DNA of 64,000 nucleotides, taken from contig JAQGDQ010000781.1 of the NCBI GenBank assembly GCA_030141605.1, positions 1 through 64,000 on the forward strand, written 5' to 3'. The DNA is from Tubiluchus corallicola. Lineage: Eukaryota > Animalia > Priapulida. The notes below the pieces were generated by a model that worked only from the letters and a program-made list of their open reading frames with translations, was not told the DNA's origin and made no database searches. Below are positions 1-64,000 of the stretch, piece after piece. The position numbers and the translations under genes are program-made. How positions within the stretch are numbered: position 1 is the first letter of the stretch; each line of letters begins with the position of its first letter.

Positions 1-33
1 CCCAATCCAAACCGCGCTTTGTAGATGACTTAA

Positions 34-429
34 TGAAAAAGTTGGAATTGTACATTTTAATTAGGTGCTGCCATCTATGGGCTAATCCTGTTACATTCTA
101 CCAGCTGACTTACCCTCAGTATAATTGTATGGTCCAGTGAATGCATATTCACTGGTTCTCTCCCTATTTTAAATTAATGGTTGTTGTGAAGCCTGTGCAA
201 GTCTGCATAGGTCACCTATACCTATATATACTGACTGGTTTTGCTTTCTAGTCTCTCTCATTCTCAGTGTTCAGTGCAGCAGTCATGCTACTCATGTTTC
301 TGTAGTTTTAATAAACACTTTTCTGTTGTGTGCAGTGCAAATATGTATTATAGATTTTTTATTCTTGTTCACACTTCTGTGCCTAAACTCAATCATAACA
401 TATCAACAACTTCAAGCATGACTTTCACA
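34..429 (+). mobile_element. Solo-LTR family A copy
   Basis: Homologous to 44775-45174; ends TTTCACA; TSD not clear. Confidence 0.7.
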
Positions 430-1180
430 AACACTTAAAGTGCTTAAATATAAACTGTTGTATACGCATCACGCATCACGCATCACGCATTACGCACACG
501 TAGAGTCGTACCTTTAAAATAACGTTGTCTTTGAGCTAATATAAGGCAGCAGCAACGACAACGGCAGCACATGGTGTTACAAAATGATCTATAGGCCTTA
601 GAACGAAAAAAATTACTACCTAGAATACCACGTGCGTCACGTGATCGCAGCTTTCATTTCTACACAAACAAAACTAGTAGTTTCTTCAGTCACGTTTCTT
701 TAAAACGCAAAGATACAACAGAAAATTAAATAAATTAGCATAAAATTGAAGGAATTCACACAGCAAAGGCACAGTGACTGATCTAGTAACAGATTTTGCA
801 ATGCTCCATCTGGTGGTCTAACAAAGAGTCGAGAAAGTTTAGACCACATTAGCTTGTAGCAAGACGTCAAAAAAGAGTTGATGTGTGTTCAAGGATTTAA
901 ATTCGAATTTTGGTAGGTTGCTTAATAACCCATGTTATAAATTAACTATGTCGACCCCCCCCCCCAGGATTACGTTGCTGATGATCCTTATTGGTCAACA
1001 TTAAACAGGAAGTAGATATTCCAGGCTTCACTCTGAATTAAATTATAGACATATAACTAGCATTGCTCTCTAATTCATCGTTCATATATATTAACCTATT
1101 GTAGGGCATCGATTATTACTGTATTATCGATTATTGCATTATTTATGTTTATTTGTCAGTGCATGTAAGTGACAATGCGA

Positions 1181-1580
<400 letters not shown>

Positions 1581-2598
1581 AATGGCATCTATTGACAAAA
1601 ATTGTTCTTCTAGACAGTAGCTTATTTTTAACTCGTTTCAAGTTACATATTGGTCTTGAAACTATAGGCAACTTTAATTAATGCTAAAGTAGGAAAAGTA
1701 ATAAAAAGACTAGCAAAGGCCCCGCAAAAAATTTTGCATATCGATACACCTACAATCAATAATCACCGAACATCCTACCTAGTGTTTGTTTATTTGCCTA
1801 ACACAAAGCCAGTAGCAGCTTTTACTGATTTAAAGTTCTAGACAGAGTATAATGGATGACGTCACAACAATGGCTTTGCGTCAGCAGGTTTCCAAGCAAA
1901 CATTGCCGAAAATAGAGCATCTAATTAACTGGTCGGCACTCCTCTTAGTGGACGTGTCCTAAAATATAGCCCACATCATCGTGTAGCCATGTTTTTCCTC
2001 TTTCTAAAGAGCTGTATATCGCCTTCCTAGAGTCACGTTAGGCGCCGCTAGAACGTTTTTTCTATAGGCGGTTCGGTCAAAATTTCGTAAAAATCGGGAG
2101 TTGGGTCCTGGAAAACGTCCCTTACAGGACACCGAGGCCCTGTCGCGAATTCTAAATTCTGCTACATCCACTGCTGAACGGGCTATCTATTCATAGCCAG
2201 CACCGTCCCCAGCCCGTTCCAGTTCTTCAGAAACAAGCGGAATAAGTTTTGCAAAAAAACGGCCTAAAAATGGCAATTTTGGGAGGTTTTTCGCCCCCCC
2301 CGTCCCTACTGGCGGGCGCGATTCGAAAAATAAACCCCCAATGCCACGACACTAGATCGAGACCTTTCGTTTGATGTATAGATCGCCGCTAATGGTGCCG
2401 CCCTCGAAGCTGTAGCCTCGAATCTTATATAATATATAATATACATACCAGTAGAATTAATATATACGACTATCAAAGGCATAGCAAAAAAATTTCTTAT
2501 GCACAACATACCAAAGATGCTCACAAAACAAAACAAAACAAAATACATCAGTGTGACACGCCTTTCGACATTCTGTGCTGCAGCTAATTTAATAGTTT

Positions 2599-2985
2599 TG
2601 TGGAAGTTGTAACTGTATATTTTAGGTGCTGCCATCTATTAACTAATCCCTTTACATTTTTACTAGCTAAACTCACCCCTAGTATAATTGTTCGGTCCAG
2701 TGAATATGCATACTCACTGGATCTTTCCCTGTTTTACTATAATGGTTTTTGCAAAGCCAAGTTTGCATAGTTAACTCTACTTATATATGCTGGCTGGATT
2801 TTACTTCTAGCCACTGTCTCACTCTCAGTGCAGGACACTCTTGTTCTCAGTGTTCAGTGTAGCAGTCATTCTACATATGTGTATGTAGTCTAATAAACGT
2901 TTTCAGTTTTGTGCAGATATGTAGTATAATTGTTTATTCTTTTTCAACAAAGTGTTCAACCACAACCTCAAACATAACTTTCACA
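2599..2985 (+). mobile_element. Solo-LTR family A copy
   Basis: TGTGGAAG..CTTTCACA; 5-bp TSD AGTTT; internal TATA-like motif and AATAAA. Confidence 0.8.
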
Positions 2986-3036
2986 AGTTTATTTCAAATC
3001 ACTCACGTAGTTTCATGTGCAGTATTTCTTTCAACA

Positions 3037-3402
3037 AGTAAAGAGACTCTATTAAAATATGTTAAATGTCAGCTAATTATGCTACGAACAGTATTCATAG
3101 AGTCAGACCCAAATAAGGAAATTAGTTTGCGGCGTCACGTGACTGCTCATTCGTCAGACTTCCAAATAAGGAATTGCCCATTTTGTCAGACTGCGCACGC
3201 AGCCTGGCAAGGATGCTGCGAAGCCACCCGCCACAGGGCTTCCAGACTGAGGAGTCAGGCCGAGGAAGTCAAAGAGATCAGGCGGCTTTTGGCATTGCTA
3301 TGCATCTTATTATATTGTGATGTTACTTAATAAATGTGTTATTTCCTAACCAAAGTCTTATAGCTTTGCCATTACTCAAACGTCCATAAACAGCTACACA
3401 CA
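3037..3402 (+). mobile_element. Dispersed repeat family B (LTR-like)
   Basis: Homologous to ~11765-12148 and ~3842-3981; contains AATAAA. Confidence 0.55.
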
Positions 3403-4285
3403 TTGTGCTACCTTTTTATAAAAAATCTCCAACAATAATTGTGTAACTTGTATCATTTAATCTGAAAACAAGTAAGATAATTTTTATAATTTTGTTCAAT
3501 TTTACGGCGAAATCCAAACCAAATTGATCTAATTAACTTTAACAAACTTTTACGCAAATTATAAAATCTAATCTCTAGCCTTTTTAATAAACAAAGGTTC
3601 AAGATTTAAGAAATTAATAAATCAACTTACATGGTGATCTTCTATAAGTGTAATTATGAAATTATAACAACGAATCAATGAATGACGCTAAACAATCTGT
3701 AACTGCAGTGTGTGAATACCTGAGTTCCTCCAATCTACAGGTAAGTGTACAGGTCACATGACCTGTGTAAAAGGAAACCAATTTATAACAGAAAAGAGGG
3801 GGCAATACAAGTTTAAATCAGCACAGTAACTTTCAGTAACTTTTGGCATTGCTATTTAACTTATTATATTGTGATGTTACTTAATAAAAGTGTTATTTCC
3901 TAACCAAAGTCTTATAGCTTTGCCATTACTTAAACGTCCATGGACAGCTACACACTTCGCTCACATACGTACTACCACTATAAAACCAAGCATAATTATC
4001 TAAAGCATGTTTCTGTTAATTGTGTCATGTTAAATGTATATATAGTGTAAAATATGTCATGTAAAATTTAATTTATTTTTGTAATATTGTTTTGTAAAAA
4101 TATTTTAATGTTGTGTTTGTAAATATGTTCATTTATTGTATATAATTAAGCCTTAGTTTTGCACTTTAGTTTTTTTAGTCTGCACTGGACGCATTTGACT
4201 GGAACAGTGTTGTTATTTTAACATTATGCTGAGGCTTACTCAATTTTATTATAATGAGTGAACCATTTTAACGACAAATAAAGAA

Positions 4286-4325
<40 letters not shown>

Positions 4326-4356
4326 TTTACTCAACACTAAAGGTAGTAACTTTCAG

Positions 4357-47908
<43,552 letters not shown>

Positions 47909-48834
47909 TAAGTACGATCTTGAGGTTACAGTAACACAGAAGAATATGATTTGATAAGTACGATCTTGAGGTTACAGTAACACAGAAGAATATGATTTGA
48001 TAAGTACGATCGTGAGGTTACAGTAACACAGAAGAATATGATTTGATAAGTATGATCTTGAGGTTACAGTAACACAGAAGATTATGATTTGATAAGTACG
48101 ATATTGAGGTTACAGTAACACAGAAGAATATGATTTGATAAGTACGATATTGAGGTTACAGTAACACAGAAGAATATGATTTGATAAGTACGATATTGAG
48201 GTTACAGTAACACAGAGGAAAGTGATTTGATAAGTACGATATTGAGGTTACAGTAACACAGAGGAATGTGATTTGATGTCATACTTTGCTACACAGGACT
48301 TCAGAGATTGTTGCTAGCTATCTTAAATAGTTGTAATTTCTTTGAAGGAAAGTCCGAGCCCTCTGAGAAGTTGTGCTTATTTTAATTTTCGGGAAAAAAG
48401 GGCTAAATGGTTTTAGTCAGTGATAATAAACGCCTCATGTAGTAAAATCACTTTAAAGTTAGGATCTTTCTTTTCACGCTATGACGGTGAAATTCTTCCA
48501 CCAGTGACGTCATTGATAGACTTTAAGAAAAACAGCACACTTTCAGTTACTTTCAAAAAAGTATCAAAAAGTTTTTACAAAAAGATTCGATTTTTGTGAT
48601 TGATTTTTTGCTAATTTTGTGATACGTGATTTCATACGCATTAGGTAAGCTGCAGACGTGAAAACATTAAAATAAACCCATCATACTAAGTGACTTGTCC
48701 TTTAAAAACAACATTAGTAGTGGTCGAATACAGCAAAATCGTGTATAAAACATGCAGTGCTGTACCCTGTTTGTTTGTGTACTGTACCCTGTACTCTAGA
48801 ATTGTTTCCTGTGAAATTAAACATAAAAATAATA

Positions 48835-49955
48835 TGTTTGAAAGAGTAAATTACTTTAAGCTTTTCTTAAATTTGACTAAAACTACATTTCCAAATATTG
48901 TTATTCGTCGACTCGTATACTATTATATGAATCAAAGAATGTTTGTTAGATGGGGGCGCATCCATTCTAAAACTTTCAGCATAAGTAAAGGGGTACGTCA
49001 AGGCGGCGGAATGTCTCCAGTTCTTTTTAACTTCAATTTCAGAGACTTAAGTGCTAAATTGTCACGCACTCAGCTTGGATGTAATATTGCTAATACGATT
49101 ATGAATCATTTAATGTACGCAGATGACGTATGTTTATTAGTGGCAACTATTACAGCCCTTCAGTGCCTACTTGATGTCTGTGTTTTTTATGCTGAAAATT
49201 TTGATATATAGATAAATGTAGAAAAAAAACCAAACTAATGTCTATCAGTTCAAAGAAAATGCAAGCTTTTGTTTACGGTAAAATTAAACTTAAAAATAAT
49301 TATTTGAAGAACTTTAATGCAGAAAAATACTTGGGACGCGTTATTTCAAGTGATAATAAGGATGACCTTGATATAATTAATCAACAATCTCTGTATTATT
49401 GCCGTAGTAATCAACTTAGCAGAAAATTTTGAAATTGCTCAGCTAAAGGAAAAATATTGCTACTTTAATGCATATTGCAATAGCTTTTACTGTATGGCGA
49501 CTTGGAGGCATTTTAATTTATACAACGTCAGAAAACTCAAGGTTGCTCACAATATTTCAAAACGTAATTTTTTTAATTATGAATATGATTACAGTGCTAG
49601 GTCTCTTAGTATACAGCTTGGTGTAACTTATTTTGATGTTATCTGTAGGAAATGTGTGTTTAGTTTAGTGACTAGATTCAATAGTAATACTAATGTTACA
49701 TGTCAAAGTTTACTTCATAGTGATGTAAAATTTACGTCGCGTATCAGACGCCATTGGTGGAATTTACTATGAACTGTGTAATTGTTGTATACATCTCTGT
49801 TTATTAATTAACTGTGTTAATGCGTGTGTGTGTGTGTGTGCGTGCGTGCGTGCGTGTGTGTGTGTGTGTGTGTGACTGCGTTTTTGTTGTAAATATGTAA
49901 ATGTTTTATGCTATGAACTTCTGGTATGAAATAAAAAGTTAAATCAAATCAAATC
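48835..49955 (+). mobile_element. Degenerate non-LTR retrotransposon reverse transcriptase (RTEX-like)
   Basis: GVRQGGGMSPVLFN..HLMYADD motifs; stops and frameshifts; (AAATC)n tail. Confidence 0.8.
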
Positions 49956-50344
49956 TGTCATTAGAATCTATCTTTAAGTCTTGAGTCTTAGCCATGTGTT
50001 TGTGTATAGAATGCATGCATGCAAGATCTGTTTGATCATCTGCTTGATCATTAAGTGTTTGTGTATAGAATGCATGCATGCAAGATCTGCTTGATCATCT
50101 GCTTGATCATTAATTTGGACAAAAACGTTTGTGTTTTGATTTCTGCTAATCAATGGTTAGAAATAAAATATTTTTGCTGCTATTGTTGTTTAAGTCTAAT
50201 CTTTATAAGTCAACACAAAACGTCTCTTGCGTCTTAAGAAATTATATTCAAAATGAAGCTGCCCTGCACTCCCATAGTTCTTAATTAGTCAACCTTAATG
50301 TACAAAAATTAAACACACATAGAACGGCTTGTGGAAACCTTTTT

Positions 50345-50540
50345 GTGTTTGCGTGTGTGTGTGTGTGTGCGCGCGTGTGCGTGTGTGTGTCTGTGTGTGT
50401 GTGTGCGTGTGTGCGTGTGTGTGTGTGTGTATTTGGGTGGGTGGTTGCGTGCGTGCATATGTGTGTGAAGTGTGTCCGTGCGTGAGTGTGTGTGCATGTG
50501 CGTGCAAGCATGTACATGTGTGTGTGTGTGCGTGCGTGCC
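50345..50540. repeat. Degenerate (GT)n tract
   Basis: Direct reading. Confidence 0.85.
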
Positions 50541-50979
50541 TATGCCCCAGCTTCTGATTCTTACATTCTCTGCTTTTTTTCATATATTTATTTTAGGAAA
50601 GAATTCCGATTCTGACTCGTTGGCCTCGACAATTGCTATTATCCTATCATCTATCCTGAACAATAGGCGATAGAACGTTTTACTAAGAAGTCCAAAAACC
50701 TACACTCAAGAAATTTAGGTTTTGAAAATAGAATCTTTCTATCACCGCGTCACAATCAGCAACAAAAGTTCTGTGACAACCAGTTCTCAGAAAACATAAT
50801 CACAAATGGTCTCATCTTCTAGTGTAGTGTTCCAAAAAAATTTAAATCATAATGCAGAGGCTGCAGCCAAACAGTTGCCTGCAAATGGCTCCAAATTAAA
50901 AAAAATTATCGAAAAGAACGAAGAAAGGCATGCGCTGGTTTAATTACCAAAGTTTATTAACTGCTGTTTGTCGCAAGAC

Positions 50980-64000
<13,021 letters not shown>

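Noticed and set aside
2010-2440. Helitron-like GC-rich element
   Set aside because: It looks like a repeat, but no termini, TSD or second copy could be established.
48690-49772. Active or domesticated reverse transcriptase
   Set aside because: 5'-truncated and broken by stops and frameshifts; an ordinary LINE relic.

Overview
AT-rich, intron-containing animal (probably bilaterian invertebrate) genomic DNA; nothing here looks prokaryotic. The + strand carries two tandem paralogous genes for large extracellular proteins. Gene 1 (first exon upstream of the window) reads LRRCT - atypical Ig - canonical Ig (split over 2 exons) - 44 single-exon Notch/fibropellin-type EGF repeats - two atypical Igs - stop at 47908, with no transmembrane segment seen. 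Gene 2 starts at 50980: signal peptide - LRRs - LRRCT - RVKR furin-type site - Ig - EGF repeats running off the window end, and its first-Ig exon appears dead. The EGF array shows nested exon-intron duplications, pseudo-exons and a rescued splice donor. Introns hold 8 copies of a solo-LTR family with 5-bp TSDs and a CTCF-like motif, piggyBac and hAT elements, LINE/Penelope relics, tRNA- and 5S-derived elements, a 1.36-kb foldback and several minisatellites, two of them seeded from exon 3' ends. All exon structures were inferred by eye from AG/GT sites, phase and translation; none is transcript-validated.
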